DNA of 63,971 nucleotides, the filler included, from Octopus bimaculoides (lineage: Eukaryota), in the NCBI RefSeq assembly GCF_001194135.2. It is 7 parts of 6 records of this genome, joined end to end, with 100 filler letters (N's around TTAATTAATTAA, not from the genome) between each part and the next. Parts side by side here need not be neighbours in the genome. Positions count along the whole stretch, not along the records: positions 1 to 7,198 come from NW_026405808.1; positions 7,299 to 19,008 come from NC_068996.1; 5 more parts are not named here. The stretch is one strand, 5' to 3'. The notes beneath the pieces are model-generated. The model did no database searches. It saw only the letters and a list, made by a program, of their open reading frames with translations, and was not told where the DNA came from. The position numbers and the translations under genes were made by a program. Of this stretch, positions 1-11,421 are shown one piece after another (position 1 is the stretch's first letter; each line of letters opens with the position of its first letter).

Positions 1-16
1 ATAATAATAATAATAA

Positions 17-353
17 CTTTCAAAATACAAAGACCTGGAAATAGAGGTAACTCGAATGTGGAATCTAAAAAAAACAGAAACAATTCCTATCATAGTAGGT
101 GCCTTAGGTATGATAAAAAAATATTCAGACAAATACATAACAAAAACACCAGGACTTACAAATATATATAACATACAGAAAATTGCACTACTGGGCACTG
201 CACACATCCTATGCAAAATACTTTCAATACAGTAACCATAAGAGCATCACAGCAAACCACAGCACATACCCAAGGCACACAGAGCTGCGCTTGGTAGTGA
301 AGTGAAAGCACGTTATAAAAATAAAACTACTGAACAATAATAATAATAATAAT
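17..353 (+). mobile_element. 5'-truncated R4/Dong-like non-LTR retrotransposon 3' end (restriction-like endonuclease C-terminus, 3' UTR, (TAA)n tail)
   Basis: 17-235 reads LSKYKDLEIEVTRMWNLKKTETIPIIVGALGMIKKYSDKYITKTPGLTNIYNIQKIALLGTAHILCKILSIQ*, matching the KY.DL...W......PIIVGALG....QK..LLGTAHIL end of REL-type LINEs. (TAA)n lies on both sides (1-16 and 336-353). Confidence 0.8.
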
Positions 354-600
354 GTCGTTTCTCTGTTTCTCTTTCAAAGATTTAATTTTGGAGAGAATTT
401 TTTGATGAATTGTAGCTCCATTGCTTTTCGGAATTTTTGAAGATTTGTAAAAGGGATATTTCCCAGATGGTTGCTCAGTGGAATCTTGCGCAAATTCCTC
501 TCGTCGGATGTGTTGTCGGTGGATTCTTGGAATGTGTCTGTTGCATTCCTGGGATACCCCCTTCGTTCTGTAAAAATGACGTTCTCCTCTCATGATTACG
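354..600 (-). mobile_element. Penelope-like element fragment (GIY-YIG endonuclease C-terminal part, frameshifted)
   Basis: Minus frames give RIHRQHIRREEF...KYPFYK and FRKAMELQFIKKFSPKLNL*, resembling the HRQQIR...FPFYK...E..FI..F.P.LN end of Penelope ORFs. Confidence 0.6.
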
Positions 601-949
601 ACCTTTTATAATGATGTAACGTTTCTCATTCTTCATTAAAAGTCACATAAGAAACAGCTGTAATGAGCTGACACTTATCCATCGACCATTTTAATTCATT
701 TGATTATATATATATATGATGAAGGAAAAGTTCCATTAAGTGGCTTGTCTGTTTTCCTATGTGTTCGTTCTGTTGTCCGTAAAAAAAAAGTCCGTTTTTT
801 GTGCTTTGTTTATGTTCCCGATCCTTTTTTTGTCCACGTTTTTTGAGGTCCTGTACCCGGATATGCATCTATATATACATGTAGATGTAGGTATGTACAT
901 ATATGTATGTATATATGCATATGCTCACATATCATTTGTATTATATATT

Positions 950-1130
950 GTATTTTTTTTCTCCCATTTTTTTTCTTCGTGTTTTTCTCCTTGTTTTCTC
1001 CGTATTCTTTCTGTTGAAGAGCGTAGCGCGAAACGCTAAAGACTTTCTGTATTCCTGACCGTCAAACTAATACATCCTTTTGTTGTTTACACCACCTGTC
1101 CTCGTCTGTTGTTGTTTTTTTTTCGTACAT
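950..1130 (+). mobile_element. Penelope-type terminal (pseudo-LTR) repeat with a hammerhead-like core at 1014-1036
   Basis: TTGAAGA-GCG-TAG-CGC-GAAACG. The flanking TCTTT (1006-1010) and AAAGA (1038-1042) can pair as stem I. Confidence 0.45.
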
Positions 1131-1135
1131 TCTCC

Positions 1136-1171
<36 letters not shown>

Positions 1172-1642
1172 TGTTGTGTCTGGGGAGAGTCATTTTCTTA
1201 TTGTGCCTTATTATTTAACACACTCACCGTTAAAATTTCCACTTATTTCTTATTTTTTATTTTNNNNNNNNNNNNNNNNNNNNNNNNNNNNNNNNNNNNN
1301 NNNNNNNNNNNNNNNNNNNNNNNNNNNNNNNNNNNNNNNNNNNNNNNNNNNNNNNNNNNNNNNNNNNNNNNNNNNNNNNNNNNNNNNNNNNNNNNNNNNN
1401 NNNNNNNNNNNNNNNNNNNNNNNNNNNNNNNNNNNNNNNNNNNNNNNNNNNNNNNNNNNNNNNNNNNNNNNNNNNNNNNNNNNNNNNNNNNNNNNNNNNN
1501 NNNNNNNNNNNNNNNNNNNNNNNNNNNNNNNNNNNNNNNNNNNNNNNNNNNNNNNNNNNNNNNNNNNNNNNNNNNNNNNNNNNNNNNNNNNNNNNNNNNN
1601 NNNNNNNNNNNNNNNNNNNNNNNNNNNNNNNNNNNNNNNNNN

Positions 1643-1817
1643 TAAAACAGCTGTGATGTATTTTTTAGGATGCTAAAAGTTATGGCTGATCATAGAGTGA
1701 CCATTGGTTTTGCGCCTATAAAGCGCTCAGCAGTGTAGGTGGCTCGTCAGTTTAAGTCTCTTTGTCCGGGCATAACTTTTAACTTCCTAAAAAATACATC
1801 ACAGCTCTAATGTTTTA
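1643..1817. mobile_element. MITE-like element with long inverted repeats (left end abuts a gap)
   Basis: 1649-1684 AGCTGTGATGTATTTTTTAGGATGCTAAAAGTTATG matches the reverse complement of 1771-1806 at 34/36 positions. Confidence 0.7.
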
Positions 1818-1866
1818 GAGTGAGCTTCTCTTTCGGATATATGACCTACTGACGTGTGTGTGTGTG

Positions 1867-2055
1867 GAGGCGCAATGGCCTAGTGGTTAGAGCAACGGAC
1901 TCGCGGTTTCGATCCTCAGACCGGGCGATGTAAATGTTTATTGAGCGGAAACATCTAAAGCTCCACGAGGCTCCTGGGGTCGATTTGCTCAACTAAAGGC
2001 GGTGCTCTAGCATGGCCACAGTCAAATGATGGAAACAAGTAAACGAATAAAAGAA
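1867..2055 (+). mobile_element. tRNA-derived SINE
   Basis: tRNA-like head GGAGGCGCAATGGCCTAGTGGTTAGAGC. The 3' part (GGGGTCGATTTGCTC..GGCGGTGCTC..CATGGCC.CAGTC) is shared with many copies in the window. Confidence 0.6.
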
Positions 2056-2503
2056 TGTATATACGTATGAAACGAAGACTATATGTGTGTGTGTGTCTGT
2101 GTGTGTTTAAGTGTGTGTTTATATGCTTACGGCATACTGTTGAAGAACGTGATTCACTGCCTGTTTCGGGAGTCGAAATCACAATCTTGCGATTGTGAAT
2201 GCAACACGCTAGGCCACGCGCCTTCACACACACACAGACAATTTCGTGCACATACACACACACTTATCACTTATACACATTTATATGGGCATGTGCGTGT
2301 GTATGTGTGTGCATGTGTATGTTTGTTTGTGTTATATATAAATATAAATATATATCTATCTATATCTATATCTATCTATATATATGTATATATATGACGA
2401 AGACTATACATAAACATATGTATATATTTACATCCATCCATACATCCCTACATACATGTTTACGTGTGTGTATGTATACACACACGCACACATATATACA
2501 TAG

Positions 2504-2556
<53 letters not shown>

Positions 2557-3109
2557 TATGCACCATATGTGTGACAAAGCGCATTCACAGATGTTTTTGG
2601 GCTACGGGGAAACTTTTCACAGCTACAAACAGACATACACACATCCATATACAGACGTACACACACACGTACATGTATGTATTTATGTATATATATATAT
2701 ATATATAATACACACACAAAACTAACTCACGCACATATGGAGATAACTATACACAAATGCGGGTGTGTGTGTGTGTGTGTGTGTTGAGTTGAGTAACTGA
2801 AAATAAGCGGTGTACTCATTGGCGAAACTGTTATACCACTTGTTCTTCGCTACTTCCAGACAAACCAGACGTGTCTGCCAACATCGATGGCGCCAGTAAA
2901 CTGCTTGCGCCATCTGGCGGAGCAATTAGCAAACGTTACTGCAGACTTCTGTTCTTCTCATTACTTTCTCTTTCTCTTTCTCTCTTTGTCTCTCTCTCTC
3001 TCTCTTCCTTCTGTCTGTCTGTCTCTGTCTCTCTCTCTCTCTCACGCTCGTTCGTTCGTTTCTGTTGATTCTATTTCCATGGCGGTTTTTACACAGCTAC
3101 AAAACTACT

Positions 3110-4400
3110 GCCGCTATTCTCGTAGTTCTTCTTCTTGTCGTTGTTCTTGTTCTTGTTGTTGTCATCACTACTGTGCTGTTGGTGATGCTACAGCTATTGT
3201 TGTTGTTGTTATTGATGATCATACCGAAGACGTTCATAGTGATGATGACGATGCATATCTTCTTGCTCTTTTTCTTCTTCGTCGTCTCATTCTCTTCTTC
3301 GTCTTCTTCTTCTTCATTTCCTTCTTCTTCTTCTTCTTAATTTTCTCTTCTTCTTCTTCTTCTTCTTCATTTTCTTCTTGTTCTTCATTTTCTTCGTCAT
3401 TTTTTCCTCATTTTCTTCTTCATTTTTTCTTCATTTTCTTCATTTTCTCTTCTTCTTCATTTTCTTCTTCTTCTTTTTCTTCTTCTTCTTCTTCATTTTC
3501 TTCTTCATTTTCTTCATCTTCTTCTTCTTCATTTTCTTCTTAATTTTTTCTTCATTTCCTTCATCTTCTTCTTCATTTTCTTCTTCATTTTCTTCTTCTT
3601 TTTCTTTTTCTTCTTCTTCTTCAACTTCATTTTCATTTTTCTTCTTCTTCTTCCTTTCTTCTCAATCGTTTTTCTTTTCATTTTTCTTTTGTTTTTCTTT
3701 TTCCTTACATTCGTTTCATTCTCCATCCTGGTCGGTCTTCCTCTATCTTTCTTCCTTCATTTCTTCTTATGATGATGATGTGAATGGAAGAAGGCGAAGA
3801 TGCAGTAAAAGAGAAGGAAAACGAAGAAGAAGAAGAGAGATGAAGAAGAGGAAGAAAAGGAAGAAGATGAAAAAGAAGAAAAGGAAGAAGTAGTAGTAGT
3901 AGTAGGAGGAGGAGAAGAAGAAGAAAAGGAAGAAGAAGAGAGATGAAGAAGAGGAAGAAAAGGAAGATGAAAAAGAAGAAAAGGAAGAAGTAGTAGTAGT
4001 AGTAGGAGGAGGAGGAGGAGGAGGAGAAGAAGAAGAAGAAGAAAAGGAATAAGAAGGAAAACGATGAAGAAGAAGAAGAGAGATGAAGAAGAGGAAGAAA
4101 AGGAAGAAGTAGTAGTAGTAGTAGTAGTAGGAGGAGGAGGAGGAGGAGAAGAAAAGGAAGAAGAAGGAAAACGATGAAGAATAAAGAGGGAAAAAATGAA
4201 AGAGAAAATAAAGTGAAGTAAGCGAAAACTGAAGAGGAAGAAGAAGAAAAAGGGAGACGAAGAAGAATGAAAACGAAGATGAAGAGTGAGGAAGAAGAAG
4301 AAGAAATAGAAAGAGGAGAAGAAGAGGACGAAGAAGAAAAAAGAAAGAAGTGCGAAGAAGTGAGTACAGAAAGACGAGGACGAAAGTGAAAGTAGGAGGT
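3110..4400. repeat. Compound trinucleotide low-complexity block: (TTC/TCT)n followed by (GAA/AGA)n with internal ~90-120 bp duplications
   Basis: Direct inspection. Pyrimidine-rich up to about 3775, purine-rich from about 3786. Confidence 0.9.
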
Positions 4401-4594
4401 GGAGAGGTGGGCGGGTGGCGTTGCGCATCGAATGAACGAAGCCCATCTGTTGAACGGTAATGAAACAAACATCCACCCCCACACGTCCACCTGCCATGTG
4501 CCTCCACCTTCCTTTCCGTTCGTCCCATCAACACACATACACACACACCGATTCATGATATTTAAGAAGTGAGGACGACGACGAGGAGGAAAAC

Positions 4595-4647
<53 letters not shown>

Positions 4648-5235
4648 GGAGATGATCTTTGTAGATTCGATGGACGATCAGCAGTGGCGGCGGCGACGAC
4701 GATGCTGGCAGTGGTGGTGGTGGTGGTGGTTTTTGCCAGTGTAGATTTGACGGAGGTGGGTGCTGTTTCGCTCCCTGCTTTTGACAAAGACAAAAANNNN
4801 NNNNNNNNNNNNNNNNNNNNNNNNNNNNNNNNNNNNNNNNNNNNNNNNNNNNNNNNNNNNNNNNNNNNNNNNNNNNNNNNNNNNNNNNNNNNNNNNNNNN
4901 NNNNNNNNNNNNNNNNNNNNNNNNNNNNNNNNNNNNNNNNNNNNNNNNNNNNNNNNNNNNNNNNNNNNNNNNNNNNNNNNNNNNNNNNNNNNNNNNNNNN
5001 NNNNNNNNNNNNNNNNNNNNNNNNNNNNNNNNNNNNNNNNNNNNNNNNNNNNNNNNNNNNNNNNNNNNNNNNNNNNNNNNNNNNNNNNNNNNNNNNNNNN
5101 NNNNNNNNNNNNNNNNNNNNNNNNNNNNNNNNNNNNNNNNNNNNNNNNNNNNNNNNNNNNNNNNNNNNNNNNNNNNNNNNNNNNNNNNNNNNNNNNNNNN
5201 NNNNNNNNNNNNNNNNNNNNNNNNNNNNNNNNNNN

Positions 5236-5460
5236 GTGTGTGTGTATGTGTTTGTGTGTCTGTGTTTGCCCCCTAGCATTGCTTGACAACCGATGCTGGT
5301 GTGTTTATGTCCCCGTAACTTAGCGGTTCGGCAAAAAGAGACCGATAGAATAAGTACTAGGCTTACAAAGAATACGTCCCGGAGTCGATTTGCTCGACTA
5401 AAGGCGGTGCTCCAGCATGGCCGCAGTCAAATGACTGAAACAAGTAAAAGAGTAAAAGAG
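5236..5460 (+). mobile_element. SINE 3' half (family carrying an internal microsatellite)
   Basis: Near-identical to the 3' halves at 16700-16925 and 44793-45005 (reverse). Starts at a gap at the (TG)n. Confidence 0.8.
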
Positions 5461-5704
5461 TATACGAACAAATACACTCCGGGTTCAGTCCCACTGCGTG
5501 GCACCTTGAACAAGTTTCTTCTACTATCGCCTCGGGCCTACCAAAGCCTTGTCAGTGAATTTGGTAGAAAGAGGACCGTTGTGGTCTCTCCATGCAAAAT
5601 AAAATCTCGAAAATTGAATCACCCCAGAGGTCATTCACTAAAAGAACTAGTCTCGATTATTGGGATCGTCTTAAAGCATTGAAACTCTATTCTCTCCAGT
5701 GCTG

Positions 5705-6270
5705 CCGTGAGTGCTACACCATTTGCACGATGTGGAGCTTCATGTAGAAGGACGCGTTCCCGTGGTCAGGAGACCCATCTGCTGTCAACACCCGTTGCGT
5801 GGTGGACTGGGCTTGTCATGGCTGATGATGCGCAAACGTACCTTGAGGCTTGGCATCTCCAGTGCTTCTTTGATGGTGAACAGGCGTGGTCACTCTTTGC
5901 CAAAAAACACGCGTTTCCCCCAGCTGGTCTCTTTGACGGAGTTGCAGTCTTTGGTCAAGCAGAGACGGAAAGAAAGAGTTTGGACAAGTGGAACGTCTTC
6001 AAGTGATCATAACCTTTATCTAGTCAGACACTGCGAAGAGTGGAAAGTCCAATTTAGCGTTTATAGATGGTTAATGGAGGGCAAAGTACGACGACGTTCA
6101 ACTAGCCGCTCTCTTCCGGAGAACTTTCGGATCAGGGCCGATGGACAACATTCAGAAATCCCTGGCTTAGCAGTGCAACCAGGGAGCATTGTCGGTCCGA
6201 GATAAACTCTACAGGCACAGAAGTGCCGTCAGTTGAACATGTCCGAGCTCCGCCAAAATCTGAAACCATT
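5705..6270 (+). mobile_element. Degenerate L1/Tx1-clade LINE ORF2 fragment (post-RT region into zf-RVT)
   Basis: PICCQHPLRGGLGLSWLMMRK (GGLG motif after RT), then FRRTFGSGPMDNIQKSLA*QCNQGALSVRDKLYRHRSAVS*TCP (zf-RVT-like). Contains stops and frameshifts. Confidence 0.7.
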
Positions 6271-6440
6271 GAGGTGATCTGGCAGAATCGTTAGCATTAC
6301 GTTCAGAGTTCAAATTCCGCCAACCTTTCATCCCCTCCGGGGGTCAACAAATTAAGAACCGGTTAAGCACTTGGGTTGATGTAATCAACTTGCCCCCTTC
6401 CCCGAAATTGCGGGCCTTGTGCAAAAACTTTGAAATCAAT
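6271..6440 (+). mobile_element. tRNA-derived SINE (GGCGGTGAGCTGGCAGAATCGTTAG family)
   Basis: Same head and body as 11422-11640, 32478-32728 and 28620-28795 (minus). Confidence 0.7.
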
Positions 6441-6465
6441 ATTAGCAATAGTATTAGTAACGATG

Positions 6466-7198
6466 GTTTTGTAGTAGTCGTAGTAGAAGTTGTAATAGTA
6501 GTGGTAGTAGTAGTAGTGGTAGTAGTAGTAGTTGTAGTGGTAGTAGTAGAAGTTGTAGTAGTAGTGGTAGTAGTAGTAGTAGTGGTAGTAGTAGTAGTTG
6601 TAGTGTTAGTAGTAGAAGTTGTAGTAGTAGTGGTAGTAGTAGTAGTGGTAGTAGTTGTAGTGGTAGTAGTAGAAGTTGTAGTAGTAGTGGTAGTAGTAGT
6701 AGTGGTAGTAGTAGTAGTGGTAGTAGTAGTAGTGGTAGTAGTAGAAGTTGTAGTAGTCATGGCGGTGGTGGTGGTAGTAGTAGTAACAGTAATCATAGTA
6801 GCAGTTGCAGTGTTGGTGGCGGTAGAAGTAGAAGTAGCAATAGTAGTAGTAGTGGTAGTGGTAGTAGTAGTGGTGGTGGTAGTGGTTGTGTTGGTGTTGG
6901 TGGTAGTAGTATTGATGGTGGCGTTGGTAGTAGCTGTAGCGGTGGTGGGGGGTAGTAGTAATAGTGGTGGTTGTGGTGGTAGTACTTGTGGTGGTGGTAG
7001 TGATGGCGGTAGTAGTAGTAGTGGTAGTGGTGATGGTAGCAGTAGTAGTAGTAGTGGTAGTAGTAGTAGAGGTGGTAGTGGTGGTGGCGGTAGCAGTAGT
7101 AGTAGTAGTAGTGGTAGTGGCGGTAGTAGTATAGTAGTATTAGTAGTAGTGGTGGTGTGGTGACGGCGGTAATAGTAGTAGTGGTGGTAGCGGTAGCA
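6466..7198. repeat. (GTA/GTG/GGT)n low-complexity tract with higher-order subrepeats
   Basis: Direct inspection. It produces the poly-V and poly-T ORFs in the track. Confidence 0.9.
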
Positions 7199-7298
7199 NN
7201 NNNNNNNNNNNNNNNNNNNNNNNNNNNNNNNNNNNNNNNNNNTTAATTAATTAANNNNNNNNNNNNNNNNNNNNNNNNNNNNNNNNNNNNNNNNNNNN
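7199..7298. other. Artificial scaffold-join spacer (44 N + TTAATTAATTAA + 44 N)
   Basis: The identical 100-nt construct also occurs at 19009-19108, 21473-21572, 26241-26340, 51248-51347 and 62718-62817. Confidence 0.9.
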
Positions 7299-8959
7299 GC
7301 CTACATAAGTTAGAATTTCTCCATTTTGATGGGGATTTTTTCCTATGTTTTCCACCAAAGTTTTCAGAATGATGGGAGGCATCTTTTCACAAAGAAAACC
7401 TTTGGAAAATTTTTTTTTCACTCCTGCCACCGCCTCACCACCCCAGTTTAAAACGATTTTGGCCTTTTTTTTTTTCACTACGCACTTAAAACCCATGAGA
7501 GAAACATTTTCGGTTTAAAAAGAAATTGTTTATAATTTCAGAGGAAAATGTGTGATTGAAGGGAGAGATGACTGTTATTTCTAGCACATCCCCAAACCTC
7601 CCTCCTCGTTTCATTCTCACTCATGCATCTATTGATATTTTTCAATATTTTTTGTCCCCGTAAACAAATTTTATGGAATGATGATGTCAAAGTAACACAT
7701 GTGTAATCCCAACTGAGCGAGGCTGTATTATGTGTGTGTGTAAGAAAAAAAACACCTAAAAACATCTTCAGTGTTCATACTAATCTGTCAAATGTAATGC
7801 TTATTTGTTCATGTTATTTTGAATTATTCAGGTTCAAGAGAGTTGTCCACAATATTTGCTTGTAACTTTGTAAATTTTTTTACATACAGATTTGAAATGT
7901 TGTCAGTGGGTGCTTTATATACCACTGGTTTATAGTTATGTAATTTTAGCTGTTCTTGCTGAGTAAATTTGACTTTTATAGGCAGGTAAATTTAATTAAC
8001 AGGTGTAAAAGCAATGACATTATGGATAAACACTAAAACTGAAATTCTTAAGGCATCTTACCTGTTTGACTTGTTACTAAAATTATCCCAGATGACAACT
8101 GACAAAAATTTCATCACTTTGAATTAATTGAAATACAGGTATAATCAATACAAGATTTTATTCTTTTGGTAAATATTTCATACTTTGGTGTAGAATAATT
8201 TTTTCCACTGTTTTTTTGTGGGTGCATTCAACGTATCTCACCTCCAAACCCACCACGAGCCACTTTTTTTCAAAAAGGAAAGGTGGGAGGAGTGGTTAGG
8301 ACCTCAAAGTTTCCCATCAAGGGAGTTTTGTTTCGCAGGTCTTTTTTTTTTCCCAGGTTATTTTGCATGCTTTCAGTGAATGTGACATCGAAATTACGGA
8401 TTAATGGCTCCTTTTCCCAGAAAAGGAAAGACTTGGCTGCTATTTCTAGCATCCCCTACTACCACATAACAGTTATTTGCATTCACACCAAACTATTTAC
8501 CAACTTTTTTCCTTCTGTTTCTTTTTTCCACTTTATGGAAGTCAATACTTTCTCTGTTGACATCCACCTCAGCAAGGTCACAGATCAAGTGGAAACACGC
8601 TGATCACTGTTCGCTCTTGACAGGGCAGAAATTTCCTGCTGTCTTTGCAAGCAACAAGCGGGTGGATTTGGTTTCAAATCTAGGCAGGGCCAAACAAAGT
8701 CCTATAAGTTATTTGTAATAATAAGTGGCGTTATATCAAGGTTGAAAGAATGATGCATACAATATTAAATATGTTAATACTGGAGCAATATCGAGAATAA
8801 CCAGCCGAAATTGCAAAGATAATCCGGATCTCGACTGAGGAAAGAAAACTCCGAATGACGTGTCCTTGTTTTCTTTGTACTGTCTATCTGGATGTTTTGT
8901 GTTCTTGTCCCATTTTGTATTATATATATATATATATACATATATGTATGTATGTATGA

Positions 8960-9220
8960 ATGTATCTATGTGTGTATATATCTTTGTGTCTGTGTTTGTC
9001 CCCCCCCCACACACACACACAGCTTGACAGTTGGTGTTGTTGTGTCTTTGTCCCTGTAACTTAGCAGTTCATCAAATAGATCAATAGAATAAGTACCAGG
9101 CTTTACAAAAAACAAAAAAGTACTGGGGTCAATTCATTCAACTAAAAATCCTTCAAGGCAGTGCCCCAATACGGCCATAATCTAATGACTGAAAGAAGTA
9201 AACGATTAAAAGATAAAAAA
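8960..9220 (+). mobile_element. SINE 3' half
   Basis: GTGTCTGTGTTTGTCCCCC..TTGACA..GGTGTT..GAATAAGTACCAGGC..GGGGTCAATTCATTCAACTAA matches the family body. Confidence 0.7.
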
Positions 9221-9593
9221 GATCAGCCTTGACATTAGTTATGATTAATTATATCATTTAGCTGACAATTCTCACACTGAAAGATCAAAATGAAATACCA
9301 GAAAACTGGCTCACAGCACATTTTTAATTCCACCTATCAAAGGACTGATTCTGTTGGTATATACATGTATGTTGTTGTTGTTGTTGTTAAGACTATCACT
9401 TTCACCCAGTGGGAATGGTAATGTTTTGTGTGTACTTGTGTTTTTGCAATCGTTATGCTTATATAAAATGTCAGGATTTTCCCTTTTAATTAGAGAGTTG
9501 TCACAATTCCAGCTGACTGTTTATTGGCCAACCCAATGAAAAAGTCACTTCTCTTGTTCACTCATTCTCTCACCTCTCTATGACACACACACA

Positions 9594-9674
<81 letters not shown>

Positions 9675-10098
9675 ATGTTTTTTTGTAACTTAAACTACAC
9701 TAATGAAGATAATGTTTTTTACTGAAACACCATATTGCTGAAAAAAGAAAAAAACCCATTTGATTACGCAGAGGGATTGGTACTGTGAGACACAGTAAGC
9801 TGAGGTCATCTTGTACTTACATACACACACACATGCACATTTAACATCAGTCACACTGTATATGGTGTATGCATGTTTGCACACACACACAAAGAATTTG
9901 TCTTTTGGTAAGATAGATCTTGACAAACAGGATGACATTTCTTACATCTATCTTATTCTTCTGTGATGAATTCATAATCTGTAGACCATTACAACTGATA
10001 TTTGTGAAAAAAACATTATTTGAATTATGCTCTATCTGTTGCTAGGCATCCTTCTCCTTCAATCTTTGTATCCTGACCAAACATTTATAATTTTCCAC

Positions 10099-10933
10099 TG
10101 GTTGTGTAATGTCAGTGTGCATACACAACAGAGTGTAAGTGCCCTGAGAGAAAAGTTGGACATAAGAAGCATCAGATGTGGCATACAAGAGAGATGACTG
10201 CGCTATTATGGTTATGTGTTACGTATGGATGAAGAAGTGTCACACCCTAACAGTTGAAGGAACCTGTGAAAGAGATAGACCCAGGAAGACATGGGATGAG
10301 GTGGTGAAGCATGACCTTCGAACGTTGGGCTTCACAGAGGCAATGACAAGAGACCATGACCTTTGGAGATATGCTGTGATTGAGTGAGATCACAACCATG
10401 GCTGATGCCAGTGTTGCATAACCAGCGCATTCAAAAGTACCCTTAAAGCGTCAGGTGATATGATGTTCTTGAGAAGACCTGTTAAGTCAAGTGAAATCAA
10501 AATCAAAATTGTAGTCGTAGCCAATGCCACCTGACTCAAAGTGCCATGCTAGTGGCACATAATAAGCATCATTCAAGCATGGGTCGATGCCAGTGCTGCT
10601 TGGCTGGCTCCCTGTGCTGGTGGAACGTAAAAAGCACTATCTGAACGTGGTTGATGCCAGTGTCCCGTGACTGGTTCCTGTGCCAGTGGCATGTAAAAAG
10701 CACCATCCAAACATAGTCGATGCTAGTGTCCCTTGACTGGCTTGCATGCCGGTGGCACGTAAAAAGCACCCACTACACTCTCAGAGTCATTGGCATTAGG
10801 AAGGGCATCCAGCTGTAGAAACCTGGCCAGGTGAGATTGGAGCCTGGTGCAGCTTATTGGCTTGCCAGTCCTCAGTCAAACCACCCAACCCAATTTAGCA
10901 TGGAAAGCGGATGTTAAACAGTGATGATGATGA
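10099..10933 (+). mobile_element. RTE-clade LINE 3' end (ORF2 C-terminus, 3' UTR with 66-bp tandem units, (GAT)n tail)
   Basis: CNVSVHTQQSVSALREKLDIRSIRCG...KKCHTLTVEGTCERDRPRKTWDEVVKHDLRTLGFTEAMTRDHDLWRYAVIE. The GRP(R/K)KTW motif is typical of RTE. Confidence 0.8.
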
Positions 10934-11421
10934 GTATGTTCTTTCCAAATGTGGCTACACTGAGGAATGACTATTTTTGCTGTTCAATATTCCCTTACAA
11001 TATTTTTCATTACTGAAATTGCTGTACTCTTTCAGTATTAAGTATATTGACTTAAAGTTCATTGTAATCCAACAACCTTGTTAGTATGATTTGGTAATGG
11101 AGATAATTCTTGTCTTATCTCCTTGTTGAATCGTTCTGTGCCTTTTTATTTGAATCTCCATTCATTCAAACACTAAAATTAATGAACTTTAACGTGATGA
11201 TATGATGTTTCTGACACTAAAGATGTTTATAATTAAAACCAGAAAAAGTATTCAATAATTGAAAAAAAAGAAAATATTTTACTTTTTCCAATAATTCTGT
11301 GAAGTATATACTTTACAGATGAGAACATTAAACTGGAGCATGTCAGTTGTCTTATTTATATATTGTATATCTCATTTCATGAAGAATAGTGTCATTGGTT
11401 TCAAATTATCTTCATCATCCT

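Noticed and set aside
3378-4546. Poly-F/S and poly-K/E/R ORFs
   Set aside because: Translations of TTC/GAA repeats; no splice or homology support.
6344-7163. Poly-T (mucin-like) and poly-V/G/S ORFs
   Set aside because: A (GTA/GGT)n tract is stop-free in some frames by composition.
7243-7254. Recurrent palindrome TTAATTAATTAA as a biological motif or spacer array
   Set aside because: Always centred in exactly 88 Ns, so it is an assembly spacer. No CRISPR-like array exists in the window.
9946-9994. Possible 49-nt minus-strand exon (CNGLQIMNSSQKNKID)
   Set aside because: AG/GT signals are present but it is short, unrecognised and within chance expectation.
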